From assembly GCA_963755125.1 (NCBI GenBank), contig CAVWIP010000006.1:96001-160000 (forward strand): DNA of 64,000 nucleotides, given 5' to 3'. The notes under the pieces were generated by a model. The model was not told the DNA's origin. It did no database searches and worked only from the letters and a program-made list of their open reading frames with translations. The number at the start of each line of letters is the position of its first letter. Positions within the stretch are counted from its first letter, which is position 1. This DNA comes from an uncultured delta proteobacterium (GTDB taxonomy: Bacteria > Myxococcota_A > Polyangia > Fen-1088). Of this stretch, positions 18,997 through 29,868 are shown piece after piece. The translations under genes were made by a program, and so were the position numbers.

Positions 18997-20310
18997 CTAG
19001 AAGCGTGGTTCCGGCAGCGGAAAATCGGGCCGGGCAAACAGATAGCCCTGCATCAGATCCCCGCCGTTGGCCGCGAAGCTATCGCGTTCAGCCTCGGTTT
19101 CCACGCCCTCGGCGATGAGCGGCAGGTTCATTTCCTGGCAGAAATTCACCACCGTGCGCATCAGCTTCCGCCTGACCGCGACGTTCTCGATCTGGCGGAA
19201 CAGTGACATCTCGAGCTTGACCACGTCGGGCTCCAGCACCGCCAGACGGCCCAGGCCCGAGGAGCCCCCGGCCACGTCGCAGACCGCGATCTTGTAGCCG
19301 AGCGAACGCAGCCGCCTGGTCCGGGCCAAGAAGTCTCGGGTGTCGTGCACGGCGATTTGCTGGGTGATCTCGAAGTGGATCTGCTTGGCGAACGCCGCCA
19401 GCGGAGCCGCGGGATCGAAGAGACTCTCGTCGAGGAGTTCCAGGGCGTGCAGGTTGACGAACATGGGCGATGGGTGGGCACACGCGCTCATGACCGACGC
19501 CACGTGACGGCGGATGCGCTGTCCGAGCAGGCCGATCTGCTTGAGATCTTCCGCAGTCTTCAGTAGGTCGAGCGGAGTGGACAGAGAGGGCTCGTTGGTC
19601 CGGACCAGCGCCTCGTACCCCACGATGCTTTTTTGCGACCACGAGACGATGGGTTGGAAGGCCATCCACAGGCAGCCCAGTGCCCGCGAGAACCGTTCGC
19701 TGGCGCTCTCCTGCGCCTTCTCCTGGTCCTCCACGATGTGCATCCGGCTGCTGGTCCGTCGTCTGTGCAAGGCGCGGTCGAGCTCGCGATCGAGCTGCGC
19801 GGCCGACACCGGCTTGAGCAGGTAGCTGATCGCGCCCCACTCTACCGCCGCGCGCGCGGTGTCCAGATCGGGGCAGCCCGTGACCAGGATGACCGGCATG
19901 TCCTTGTCGGTCCTGCGGATCTCCTGCAGGACCTGGATGCCATTCTGGTCGGGCAGATTGATGTCGGTCACCATGGCGTCGAAGTGTTGCTCGGCGGCCA
20001 GCCTGGCCGCCGACCAGCCATCGTTGGCGACGCGGACCGCATAGCCAGAGGCATCCAGCATGCGCGCGCAGGTCTGCGCGAAAGCGCCATCGTCGTCGAC
20101 CACTAGCACGCGGCCGCGCGAGGTGCCCGGTTCGGCGGCGTCCAGAGCGCTGGCATCGAATCCGAAGCGGCAGAAGCGCAGGGATTCGGGCTCGGCCGCG
20201 GCCGGCTCGCTCGCAAGAAGTTGCATCTCGTCGCCGTCATCGAAAACATCGTGGTCATCGGCGCCTGCGGGAACCTCGTCCAACCGGAAATCGCAACGTT
20301 CAGACTGCAT
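18997..20310 (-). CDS. REC-EAL domain protein (degenerate)
   Basis: YEALVR, AEGVE and MQGY present; the DDFGTG motif reads CDVAGG. Confidence 0.88.
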   Translation of the reverse strand: MQSERCDFRLDEVPAGADDHDVFDDGDEMQLLASEPAAAEPESLRFCRFGFDASALDAAEPGTSRGRVLVVDDDGAFAQTCARMLDASGYAVRVANDGWSAARLAAEQHFDAMVTDINLPDQNGIQVLQEIRRTDKDMPVILVTGCPDLDTARAAVEWGAISYLLKPVSAAQLDRELDRALHRRRTSSRMHIVEDQEKAQESASERFSRALGCLWMAFQPIVSWSQKSIVGYEALVRTNEPSLSTPLDLLKTAEDLKQIGLLGQRIRRHVASVMSACAHPSPMFVNLHALELLDESLFDPAAPLAAFAKQIHFEITQQIAVHDTRDFLARTRRLRSLGYKIAVCDVAGGSSGLGRLAVLEPDVVKLEMSLFRQIENVAVRRKLMRTVVNFCQEMNLPLIAEGVETEAERDSFAANGGDLMQGYLFARPDFPLPEPRF

Positions 20311-20627
20311 GGTGTCCCTCCTGGGATTTGGGTTGCCCTACCCGGCCTCTTCCCGTGACGCGTTCGTGGAAAGGAGAAACCCAAACGCGGCTCGGGAAGA
20401 GGAGGGCTCGGGAGGCGGTCAACCTGTGTCGGGACAAAGCAAGCGCAGGGCCACCCGCAAAATGGCGTTGCGCCGCCGGTTGTCCGCCCGGACCGTCGGT
20501 CACCGGACGCAGCCGCGGCAAATCGCGCGTCGGCACCCCGACAGACGACACCTACCTACAGCGTTCCGGCCGGCGCGGCGAAGGGGTGGATTTCCAAAAT
20601 GGAGGCGCGCATCGAATAGGAGCGATC

Positions 20628-20665
20628 GGTGGTGGTCGTAGACGTGGTCTTGGTCGACGTCGACC
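20628..20665 (-). repeat. Hexamer element copy in the opposite orientation
   Basis: ggtggtggtcgtagacgtggtcttggtcg closely matches the reverse complement of 11150-11180. Confidence 0.55.
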
Positions 20666-20849
20666 GCTCCAACGCTATCGCCATCAATCGTCGTCTTTTC
20701 GGCGTCCCTCCCATCTAGCTGCTGACGGGCCGCCGTCCTTTCTTCCGGCACCCAGGCGTGATCGTCCGGCTTTTCCACTGGCCCTGGGGTTGCATCTCCT
20801 GTTTGGCGTGATGCTGAGATCCAAGAAAACCGATTCGAGGAGGAATGTC

Positions 20850-22541
20850 ATGAAGAACCTGGCGTGGTTGCTCTCTCTTGTTGTTGGAGCTGCGCTATTC
20901 ACGCTGTCGTCGTCCGGCTGCTCGGAACGCACGAACGCCCCGGCATTTGGCGGGGCGCGAGTGAGGACGTATGTGCAACTCCCAGCAGACGGCAACTACA
21001 CGGTCACGGTCACCATCACCGGGGATGGAATAACGGATCCTATCGTAGTTCCACTAACCGAGGTCGGGAACCAGTGGGTCGCCAACCTCAACGACATCCC
21101 GGCAGGAACGAATCGCACGTTCACGCTCTCCGTCCTCGACGCTTCCGGCACAGTGATCTACAGCGGCGTGGCCACCGGGGTTACGATCACCTCCGGCCAG
21201 ACGGCGTCGGTATCGATCGGCGGCCAGCAGACGAATGCGCCGCCCGCGACCGATGGTGCGTCGCCGGTGATCGATGCCCTGATCGCGTCGTCGGTAACCG
21301 TCAGCGACGGAGCGACAGTCGCCTTGTCAGTAAGCGCCCATGATCCGAATGCAAACAATACGCTCTCGTACCTGTGGACCTCACCCAGCGGGACGTTCGA
21401 CTCGGCAAACACATCCTCGACCAACTGGACCGCGCCAGGGACGGACGGGATCTACCGGATCACGGTTCAGGTCCAGAACAATCAGGGAGCACAGACGACC
21501 ATGTCCGTTGACATCACGGTCTGCACGCAGACTGATGCCGGCAGCACCGCGACCATCGCGGTCACTCTCAACAACTGGCCCGTGGTGAGCGGCGTGACCT
21601 CGACGCAAGGTCGCATCGACGTTGGTGGCACGACGGCGCTGGACTGCACGGCAACCGACGCTGACGGCGACCCGCTGACCTATTCCTGGTCCACGGACAG
21701 TGGCTGTGTCGGGACGTTCAGCGCGTCGAACGTCAAGAGCCCGACCTTCACCTTGGGCAACACCTTGCCCGCGCTCGGTACCTGCACATTCACGGTGACC
21801 GTGTCCGACGGCCGCGGCGGCACCGGCGCAGGCTCGCTGACCATCACCGCCGCCCCGGCACCGCCGGTCATCTCGCCGCCGCAGATCGTGAGTTCCAGCC
21901 AGTCCGCCCAGTCGGTGGTGGCCGGCCAGACGGTAACCCTGTCGGTGGTGGCGACCGATCCGCAAAGCACGGCCATGACTTTCGCGTGGAGCGCCCCGCG
22001 GGGCACCTTCGGGACGCCGGTCGACTTGGGCGCTGGCAGTGAGCAGGTGGTGTGGACTGCGCCGCTCAACTTCGTGGAGGAGATGCAGATCCAGGCGACG
22101 ATCACCGATGCGGGGGGGGCATCGACAGTGCAGAGCTTCACCATCGGAAAGACCCCGCCTCCTTCGGACTGGATTGCCGACCCGAGCTTCTACGGAGCGG
22201 GTGACGGCTGTGATTGTGGCGACGGTTCCTGGGATCCGGATTGCGCCCTTCCCGGTCAGGCACTGTACAACTGCAGCAACGGGCAAGCCTGCGTTCAGTC
22301 CGGTCAGGCCGGTGTCTGCCAGACCATGATGACGCCTTCGATGCCCGACCCCGCGCCGCCCTCGACGCCGCCCGCGGGATGGATCTGCGACCCGACTTAC
22401 TACAACGCTGGCGACGGCTGCGACTGTCTGTGCGGCGCCTTCGATCCCGACTGTGCAGGGTCGAATCAGAGGTTGTACGGTTGCAATGAGGGGCAATACT
22501 GCGGGCAATCAGGCACCTGCGAAAGTTTGCCCAGCCAGTAG
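20850..22541 (+). CDS. Secreted lipoprotein with Ig/PKD-like beta domains and two C-terminal Cys-rich repeats
   Basis: GAGGAGG SD; signal ending SSSGC; repeated DPxxxxLxYxW domains; WxxDPxxYxAGDGCDCxxGxxDPDC twice. Confidence 0.8.
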   Translation: MKNLAWLLSLVVGAALFTLSSSGCSERTNAPAFGGARVRTYVQLPADGNYTVTVTITGDGITDPIVVPLTEVGNQWVANLNDIPAGTNRTFTLSVLDASGTVIYSGVATGVTITSGQTASVSIGGQQTNAPPATDGASPVIDALIASSVTVSDGATVALSVSAHDPNANNTLSYLWTSPSGTFDSANTSSTNWTAPGTDGIYRITVQVQNNQGAQTTMSVDITVCTQTDAGSTATIAVTLNNWPVVSGVTSTQGRIDVGGTTALDCTATDADGDPLTYSWSTDSGCVGTFSASNVKSPTFTLGNTLPALGTCTFTVTVSDGRGGTGAGSLTITAAPAPPVISPPQIVSSSQSAQSVVAGQTVTLSVVATDPQSTAMTFAWSAPRGTFGTPVDLGAGSEQVVWTAPLNFVEEMQIQATITDAGGASTVQSFTIGKTPPPSDWIADPSFYGAGDGCDCGDGSWDPDCALPGQALYNCSNGQACVQSGQAGVCQTMMTPSMPDPAPPSTPPAGWICDPTYYNAGDGCDCLCGAFDPDCAGSNQRLYGCNEGQYCGQSGTCESLPSQ

Positions 22542-22634
22542 TTCAGACCGGGAACAGACGTCCCGAGAGCCTCGTTGATGGCCAGGCCATCGTTGAGGCT
22601 CTTGGGATTTTTGCGTTGTGGCCTGTACCGCTGG

Positions 22635-25600
22635 CTACTGGAGTCTCGTCGTGGGATCGCCGAGCAGGATCCAGGTGCGGCGGACGTCGAGGTCGCTGGT
22701 CGCGGCCTTGGCCGCGGCGACTGCCTGCCCGATGGTCGGCTTCTTCGCCGCGAACAGTAGCTGCATGAAGGCCGCGTCCATGGTCTGTTGCCCGGCCGAC
22801 TCGGTCATACCCGACGAGGCCCATACCGCGATGGCCCCGCCCTGCGGCGTCTTGAGCAACGATTCGCCCAGGGTTTCGCCATAGGGGTCGGCAAACCAGC
22901 CGGTCCAGCAGGTCATGCTGGACACGAAGGGCAGCTTCGCCCCGTTGGTCAGCAGGGGAACGTCGTCCATGCTCAGCAGATTGCCGTCCCAGGCGGTTTC
23001 CGACGAGTGGCCCATGTAGTTCACCAGCAGCGCGCCCTGGTCGAACGCACCCACCACCGCCGCGTGCGCCGCCGTATCGTCGGCAAAATCGCCGCGGAAT
23101 ATCTGCGTGAGAAACATGCTGGTCGGGATCTGCGCGGCCACGGCGGTGCTGGCGGCCGGGAAGTCGAAGTCGCTGGTGGCGGTGTCAGACACCAGCACAG
23201 CCGTCCTTCGCCAGTCAGCGCCAGCCGTGCCGGCGTATCCCACCAGCTTCTGCACCACTGCCGCGGCCTGGGTGGAATCGCGCACCGGCAGGCGGCCGAT
23301 GGCCAGATCGGGCAGTCCATCGTTGTTGAAGTCGACCAACCAGTCATCCGACGCGGCATAGTTGTACGTAGCGTCGACGAATTCCGTCGGCACCAGATCG
23401 AAATCCCCGTAGCCGAGGAAATTGCGCGGGTCAGCGCTGGCGGAGCCGGCCAGCAGCACGAAGCCGGGCCGTTTGCGCCAGGTCGACGATGCCAAAGCCA
23501 GGAAGTCGCGCAGCGCCTGCGGTGTCTTGTTGCCAAAGCTGAACTCGTCGTACACGTCTTCCACGTCGACAACTGCGACCACGTATCCCTGCCCCTGGCG
23601 AAGCTGAACCAGTGGAGCGAGCGCGCCCGCCACGGCAGCGTTGGTCAGCACCACCAGATTCGCCGCCTTGTCAGCCGAGTGCCAGCTTGACGGGCTGTTG
23701 GTCTCCAGGCTGTCCGGCGACGCGATCGCCCCGTCACTGAAGGCCAGCAGATTGCGCACACCCGCGCCGGCCACGTTGATTGCCACGGAATAGCCCGAAG
23801 TTCCATCGCTCTGCACCGCTGCGGAAAGCTCGTACGGGTTTTCCGTGTCGGTCACGTCCATCACGCGGATGTTCGGCGACTTGAAGCCGCTGACCACCAG
23901 CCGGCTGTCACCCGGTGCGGTCATGGACAGGGTGTCGCCGTCTGCAACGTACTTGCGCCAGTAGGTCAATCCGACCGATGCCACCAGGCTGAGATCCAAA
24001 TCGCCACCCTCGGCCCACAGAGAGATCTGGTTGGACCCTTCGATCAGCGAAGTCGACTGGTCGAGCAGCAGGTGCGCGGTGCCAAGCTCCTGGCTGTCGA
24101 ACTGGACCTGGCCCACCTGGGTGCCGTTGAGCAGGACGGCCACAACGTGGGCGCCATCCATCACGCCCTGCACCGCCACGTCCAGCGCCGCCTGGCCCGC
24201 CGGGGCCGCATCCGGGTTGATCACGTCGAGTGCGAGCGTGGTCGGCGCCGTCGCGTCGGTGGACACGATCGGCCCAAAATACTTGTTGTCCGGGTTGCCG
24301 TTCATCAGCGCCGGGAAGTAGATCACTTTCGGCGCGGACGCGACAGTGAAGGCGAAGCTGGCGGGCGCGGCATCGCTGGCCTCTGCGCTGACCTTGCCGA
24401 CCCGTTTGCCGGCGCTGGTCCCGGCCGCCAGCCAGTAGCTTCGCTCGCCGGTCCACTGGCTGTCGATCCCGGTGGCGTAGAACTCGACGGTGCTTTGCGG
24501 AACCAAACTGCGGCTGCGCGCCAGGCCTCTGATGACCAACGGAATCTGCTGGCCGTCGGCGAAAAGTTGGAGCCGGGTCGGATCGACATTGCCCAAACCA
24601 TGGTCAATCAGGTTCTGCCCGGTCACCTGATACCAGCCGGCCTGCGAGATTCCGATCTTGAGTGCTCGGCTGGAAGCCAGCGTCCATTGCACTGCGGTCG
24701 CGGTCAGCGTGGTCGGCGCCAGGCCGCGAAGAACCCGTCCCGCTGGCCCGCCCTGCACACTGGATCCCGGCGAGGCGCCCGATCCGGTCAGTCCAGCAAG
24801 TTGTTGCATGTGGGGCGCATTACGCACCTCGGGTGGAGGGTCATTCGACGGCTGGGGAACGACGGGCCCGTGGAAGGTCTGCCCACCGCGCAGATCTACG
24901 TCCGCCAGCCAGTAGCGCGTGGTGCGGGCATCGGCGCCGGCAGGCAAGTCATCCCACCAGACATAGGACCGGCCGCCGGACACGGTGGCGCGCAGACCCG
25001 CCATCAGGGCCGAGCCCGAGATCAAATGGGGCGTGACCGGGGACGAGGCATCGCCGGCCTCGCGGTATAGCCGGAAGCCGATGTTGTTGGTTTCCATGGC
25101 CGTCTGCCATTTCAGCAGAACCCGGCTGCCGTGAACTGTTGCCGTGAAGCTGACCAGGCGGACCGCTGTGGGAGAGGGCGCGCCCGTACAGGTAGCATTT
25201 AAAGTGAACCCGGTATCACCACCGGTACTCGTGGCGTTGAAGGCGGTGATAGTGCCGCCGACCTGGTTGTTTTGGTTCTTCAGCGTGACGTTTACGAGTT
25301 GAAAGGATCCAGTTCCGGTCCAGGTCTGCACAGCCACCGAGGTGATCGTCGCGCGCGTGGTGCCGCCGCATGTCCCGCCGTTGCCCCCCACCAGGAAAGT
25401 TCCGTTGTTGGTGAGGCCACCGTTAAGGGTGAGGGTGCCCGTGCCAGTGTTGGTAAAGGCACCTCCGCTTGCGACCGTCATCAAGCCGCCCGAACTCAGG
25501 GTGTTGGTGGTGGACCCCTGATCGAGCGTCGTCCCACCGCCCACGTTGACAGCACCGGTTGTAGTCACGTTCCCCGCCAAGCTCTTGGTCCCGCTACCGC

Positions 25601-27185
25601 TGGTGTTCAGAATGCCGTAGGTACCGCCGCACACGGTCTGGTCGCCAAGCGCCGTGTAGCTCACGGTTCCGGTCGCGCCACTGGTGATGGTGCTGCCACA
25701 GGTGACAGTCCCGGCCGCAGTTACCGAGCCCGTGCCCACGGAAAGCGTACCCGCGGTCAGCGTCAGGGGACCATTCGCGGTGAGCACGTTTCCACCCGTG
25801 GCCAGGGTACCCCCACTCAGCGTCAGGGTGCCGTTCGCTGTCACGTTTCCTTGCATGGTCGAGGTGCCGCCGCCAGAAACTGTCAGGTTGTTGAAGGTGA
25901 ACGCAGGGATGTTCTGCGCTGACGTCCTGTTGAAGTTGACCGTGCTGCCGGTCACGGTGGTGGTCCCGCTCCCGGGTGTGAAGGTTCCCGCGATGCCAAT
26001 CGTGCCCGTCGCTGCCAGGGTGTGGTCGGAGTTGCCTAGCGTCAGGTTGCCGTAGTTTCCGGCGCATACGTTCTGGTTCTGGCCCACGGGCCCGTTGTAG
26101 CTGACGGTTCCGCCATTGCCGCTCGTGATGGTGGTGCTGCCACAGGTGACGGTCCCATTCGCGGTTACCGAGCCCGTGGTCACGGAAAGGGTGCCCGCGG
26201 TCAGCGTCAGGGGACCGGCCGCGGTTACCGAGCCCGTGGTCACGGAAAAAGTGCCTGCAGTCAGCGTCAGCGGACCGTTCGCGTTCAGCGTTCTCGCGCC
26301 CACGGCAAGAGTGCCCGATGTCAGCGACAGGGTTCCGCTCACTGTCGTGGTGCCGGCCGCCAGGGTCGCGGTGCTGGTACTGGAGATATCCAGATTGTTG
26401 TAAGTGATCGCAGGAATGTTCTGCGCGGCCGTCCCGTTGAAGCTGATGGTGCCGGTGGCTAGAACGGTGTTCGCGGTTCCGGGCGTGAAGGTTGCAGCGA
26501 TGCCGACGACGCCGGTCGATGGCAGGGTCTTGGCGTAGGCGCTGAACGTGAGGCTGCCGTAGTTTCCAGCACACACATTCTGGCCGGCGGCCGCCTGGTT
26601 GTAGGTAAAGGTTGTTCCGACCGCGCTGATGGTGCTGGCGCAGGTGATGGCGCCGTTAACCGTCACGTTCGCGGTTGCGGTCACGGGGCTGGCTGCCGAA
26701 AGAGTCAGGTTGTTAAAGGACGTCGCGGCCGTTCCGCCTATCGAGGTGCCGCTCAGCGTGACATCGATGCGCGGAGTGACCGCGCTGCCCGTGCCGGCCG
26801 TGAAAGTCGCGTTATTCACCCATCTCCCGCCAACTGCGATCGAGTTCACCTGGGTTTCGCCTGCGGAGTTCTGTATGGTTCCGCCGTTCACCAGATCTCC
26901 CTTCACCAGAAGGGTTCCAGCACCATTCGCGCTTCCCAGGTCGAGCACGCCACCAGCGTTGACGGTCAGGCTTGCCAAGTTCGGCGTGGCGACATCGAGC
27001 GTCACGGTGTTGGCAATGGTAACGTCATCGCCGGCGACTGGCACATGACCGCACGACCAAGTGATGGTGCTCCAGTTGCCTGACCCACTACTGCTACAAG
27101 CCGCCGCCAGCGCTGGTCTTGGGCAAAGCAAGAGAGCCATTCCCAGCAGCGCCAGCAGCCCGACACACCGGAGTTGCGGTCGCAT
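22635..27185 (-). CDS. Large secreted protein A: beta-repeat N-terminus plus C25 (gingipain/PorU-like) cysteine peptidase
   Basis: GAGGAGGA SD before ATG 27185; signal peptide; IGRLP, NYMGHS (His), SMTCWTG (Cys), LLGDP end. Confidence 0.88.
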   Translation of the reverse strand: MRPQLRCVGLLALLGMALLLCPRPALAAACSSSGSGNWSTITWSCGHVPVAGDDVTIANTVTLDVATPNLASLTVNAGGVLDLGSANGAGTLLVKGDLVNGGTIQNSAGETQVNSIAVGGRWVNNATFTAGTGSAVTPRIDVTLSGTSIGGTAATSFNNLTLSAASPVTATANVTVNGAITCASTISAVGTTFTYNQAAAGQNVCAGNYGSLTFSAYAKTLPSTGVVGIAATFTPGTANTVLATGTISFNGTAAQNIPAITYNNLDISSTSTATLAAGTTTVSGTLSLTSGTLAVGARTLNANGPLTLTAGTFSVTTGSVTAAGPLTLTAGTLSVTTGSVTANGTVTCGSTTITSGNGGTVSYNGPVGQNQNVCAGNYGNLTLGNSDHTLAATGTIGIAGTFTPGSGTTTVTGSTVNFNRTSAQNIPAFTFNNLTVSGGGTSTMQGNVTANGTLTLSGGTLATGGNVLTANGPLTLTAGTLSVGTGSVTAAGTVTCGSTITSGATGTVSYTALGDQTVCGGTYGILNTSGSGTKSLAGNVTTTGAVNVGGGTTLDQGSTTNTLSSGGLMTVASGGAFTNTGTGTLTLNGGLTNNGTFLVGGNGGTCGGTTRATITSVAVQTWTGTGSFQLVNVTLKNQNNQVGGTITAFNATSTGGDTGFTLNATCTGAPSPTAVRLVSFTATVHGSRVLLKWQTAMETNNIGFRLYREAGDASSPVTPHLISGSALMAGLRATVSGGRSYVWWDDLPAGADARTTRYWLADVDLRGGQTFHGPVVPQPSNDPPPEVRNAPHMQQLAGLTGSGASPGSSVQGGPAGRVLRGLAPTTLTATAVQWTLASSRALKIGISQAGWYQVTGQNLIDHGLGNVDPTRLQLFADGQQIPLVIRGLARSRSLVPQSTVEFYATGIDSQWTGERSYWLAAGTSAGKRVGKVSAEASDAAPASFAFTVASAPKVIYFPALMNGNPDNKYFGPIVSTDATAPTTLALDVINPDAAPAGQAALDVAVQGVMDGAHVVAVLLNGTQVGQVQFDSQELGTAHLLLDQSTSLIEGSNQISLWAEGGDLDLSLVASVGLTYWRKYVADGDTLSMTAPGDSRLVVSGFKSPNIRVMDVTDTENPYELSAAVQSDGTSGYSVAINVAGAGVRNLLAFSDGAIASPDSLETNSPSSWHSADKAANLVVLTNAAVAGALAPLVQLRQGQGYVVAVVDVEDVYDEFSFGNKTPQALRDFLALASSTWRKRPGFVLLAGSASADPRNFLGYGDFDLVPTEFVDATYNYAASDDWLVDFNNDGLPDLAIGRLPVRDSTQAAAVVQKLVGYAGTAGADWRRTAVLVSDTATSDFDFPAASTAVAAQIPTSMFLTQIFRGDFADDTAAHAAVVGAFDQGALLVNYMGHSSETAWDGNLLSMDDVPLLTNGAKLPFVSSMTCWTGWFADPYGETLGESLLKTPQGGAIAVWASSGMTESAGQQTMDAAFMQLLFAAKKPTIGQAVAAAKAATSDLDVRRTWILLGDPTTRLQ

Positions 27186-29868
27186 CAGAATCCTCCTCGG
27201 CCCGGTGCCCGCACAGCCGCCCAGCGCGCGCATATCGTCGGGAAATTCATTTCAGTCCTCCTGGCAGCTGTGTTCCGGATACTTGTGAAAAGAACCAGGG
27301 TGGCCTTCTTATGCGCTCGGCCCCGGCTGCGATCTATTGGAGTTTGGTGGTGGGATCGCCGAGCAAGATCCAGGTGCGGCGGACGTCGAGGTCGCTGGTC
27401 GCGGCCTTGGCCGCGGCGACTGCCTGCCCGATGGTCGGTTTCTTCGCCGCGAACAGTAGCTGCACGAAGGCCGTGTCCATGGTCTGTTGCCCGGCCGGCT
27501 CGGTCAGGCCTGAGCCGGCCCATACCGCGATGGCCCCGCCCTGCGGGGTCTTGAGCAGCGATTCGCCCAGGGTTTCGCCATAGGGGTCGGCAAACCAGCC
27601 GGTCCAGCAGGTCATGCTGGACACGAAGGGCAGCTTCGCCCCGTTGGTCAGCAGGGGAACGTCGTCCATGCTCAGCAGATTGCCGTCCCAGGCGGTTTCC
27701 GACGAGTGGCCCATGTAGTTGACCAGCAGCGCGCCCTGGTCGAACGCACCCACCACCGCCGCGTGCGCCGCCGTATCGTCGGCAAAATCGCCGCGGAATA
27801 TCTGCGTGAGAAACATGCTGGTCGGGATCTGCGCGGCCACGGCGGTGCTGGAGGCCGGGAAGTCGAAGTCGCTGGTGGCGGTGTCGGACACCAGCACGGC
27901 CGTCCTTCGCCAGACAGCGCCAGCCGTGCCAGCGTATCCCACCAGCTTCTGCACCACTGCCGCGGCCTGGGTGGAATCGCGCACGGGCAGGCGGCCGATG
28001 GCCAGTTCGGGCAGCCCATCGTTGTTGAAGTCGACCAACCAATCATCCGACGGGGCGTCGCTGTACGTCGCCTCGACGAATTCCGTCGGAACCAGGTCGA
28101 AATCCCCGTAGCCGAGGAAGTTGCGCGGGTCAGCGCTGGCCGAGCCGGCCAGCAGCACGAAGCCCGGCCGCTTGCGCCAGGTCGACGATGCCAAAGCCAG
28201 GAAGTCGCGCAGTGCCTGCGGTGTCTTGTTGCCAAAGCTGAACTCGTCGTACACGTCTTCCACGTCGACAACTGCGACCACGTAGCCCTGTCCCTGGCGC
28301 AGCTTGACCAGCGGTTGCAGTGCACCTGTCACGGCAGCGTTGGTCAGCACCACCAGATTGGCCGCCTTGTCAGCCGAGTGCCAGCTTGACGGGCTGTTGG
28401 TCTCCAAACTGTCCGGCGACGCGATCGCCCCGTCACTGAAGGCCAGCAGATTGTGCACGCCCGCGCCGGCCACGTTGGTCGTCACGGAATAGCCCGAAGT
28501 TCCATCGCTCTGCACCGCCGCGGAAAGCTCGTACGGGTTTTCCGTGTCGGTCACGTCCATCACGCGGATGTTCGGCGAGTTGAAGCCGCTGACCACCAGC
28601 CGGCTGTCACCCGGTGCGGTCATGGACAGGGTGTCGCCGTCCGCAACGTACTTGCGCCAGTAGGTCAACCCGACCGACGCCACCAGGCTGAGATCCAAAT
28701 CGCCACCCTCGGCCCACAGAGAGATCTGGTTGGACCCTTCGATCAGCGAAGTCGACTGGTCGAGCAGCAGGTGCGCGGTGCCAAGCTCCTGGCTGTCGAA
28801 CTGGACCTGGCCCACCTGGGTGCCGTTGAGCAGGACGGCCACAACGTGGGCGCCATCCATCACGCCCTGCACCGCCACGTCCAGCGCCGCCTGGCCCGCC
28901 GGGGCCGCATCCGGGTTGATCACGTCGAGTGCGAGCGTGGTCGGCGCCGTCGCGTCGGTGGACACGATCGGCCCAAAATACTTGTCCGGGTTGCCGTTCA
29001 TCAGCGCCGGGAAGTAGATCACTTTCGGCGCGGACGCGACAGTGAAGGCGAAGCTGGCGGGCGCAGCATCGCTGGCCTCTGCGCTGACCTTGCCGACCCG
29101 TTTGCCGGCGCTGGTCCCGGCCGCCAGCCAGTAGCTTCGCTCGCCGGTCCACTGGCTGTCGATTCCGGTGGCGTAGAACTCGGCGGTGCTTTGCGGAACC
29201 AGGCCGCGGCTGCGCGCCAGGCCTCTGATGACCAACGGAATCTGCTGGCCGTCGGTGAAAAGCTGGAGCCGGGTCGGATCGGCAGTGCCCAAACCATGGT
29301 CAATCAGGTCCTGCCCGGTCACCTGATACCAGCCGGCCTGCGAGATTCCGATCTTGAGTGCTCGGCTGGAAGCCAGCGTCCATTGCACTGCGGTCGCGGT
29401 CGGCGTGGTCGGCGCCAGGCCGCGAAAGACCCGTCCCGCTGGCCCGCCCTGCACACTGGATCCCGGCGAGGCGCCCGATCCGGTCAGTCCAGCAAGTTGT
29501 TGCATGTGGGGCGCATTACGCACCTCGGGTGGAGGGTCATTCGACGGCTGGGGAACGACGGGCCCGTGGAAGGTCTGCCCACCGCGCAGATCTACGTCCG
29601 CTAGCCAGTAGCGCGTGGTGCGGGCATCGGCGCCGGCAGGCAAGTCATCCCACCAGACATAGGACCGGCCGCCGGACACGGTGGCGCGCAGACCCGCCAT
29701 CAGGGCCGAGCCCGAGATCAAATGGGGCGTGACCGGGGACGAGGCATCGCCGGCCTCGCGGTATAGCCGGAAGCCGATGTTGTTGGTTTCCATGGCCGTC
29801 TGCCATTTCAGCAGAACCCGGCTGCCGTGAACCGTCGCCGTGAAGCTGACCAGGCGCACCGCCGTCGG
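22635..29868 (-). repeat. About 2.5 kb near-identical duplication (22635-25172 vs 27334-29868)
   Basis: From PTAVRLVSF to the stop the copies are 2538 and 2535 nt, differing by one codon (PDNKY/PDKY) plus scattered substitutions. Confidence 0.95.
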
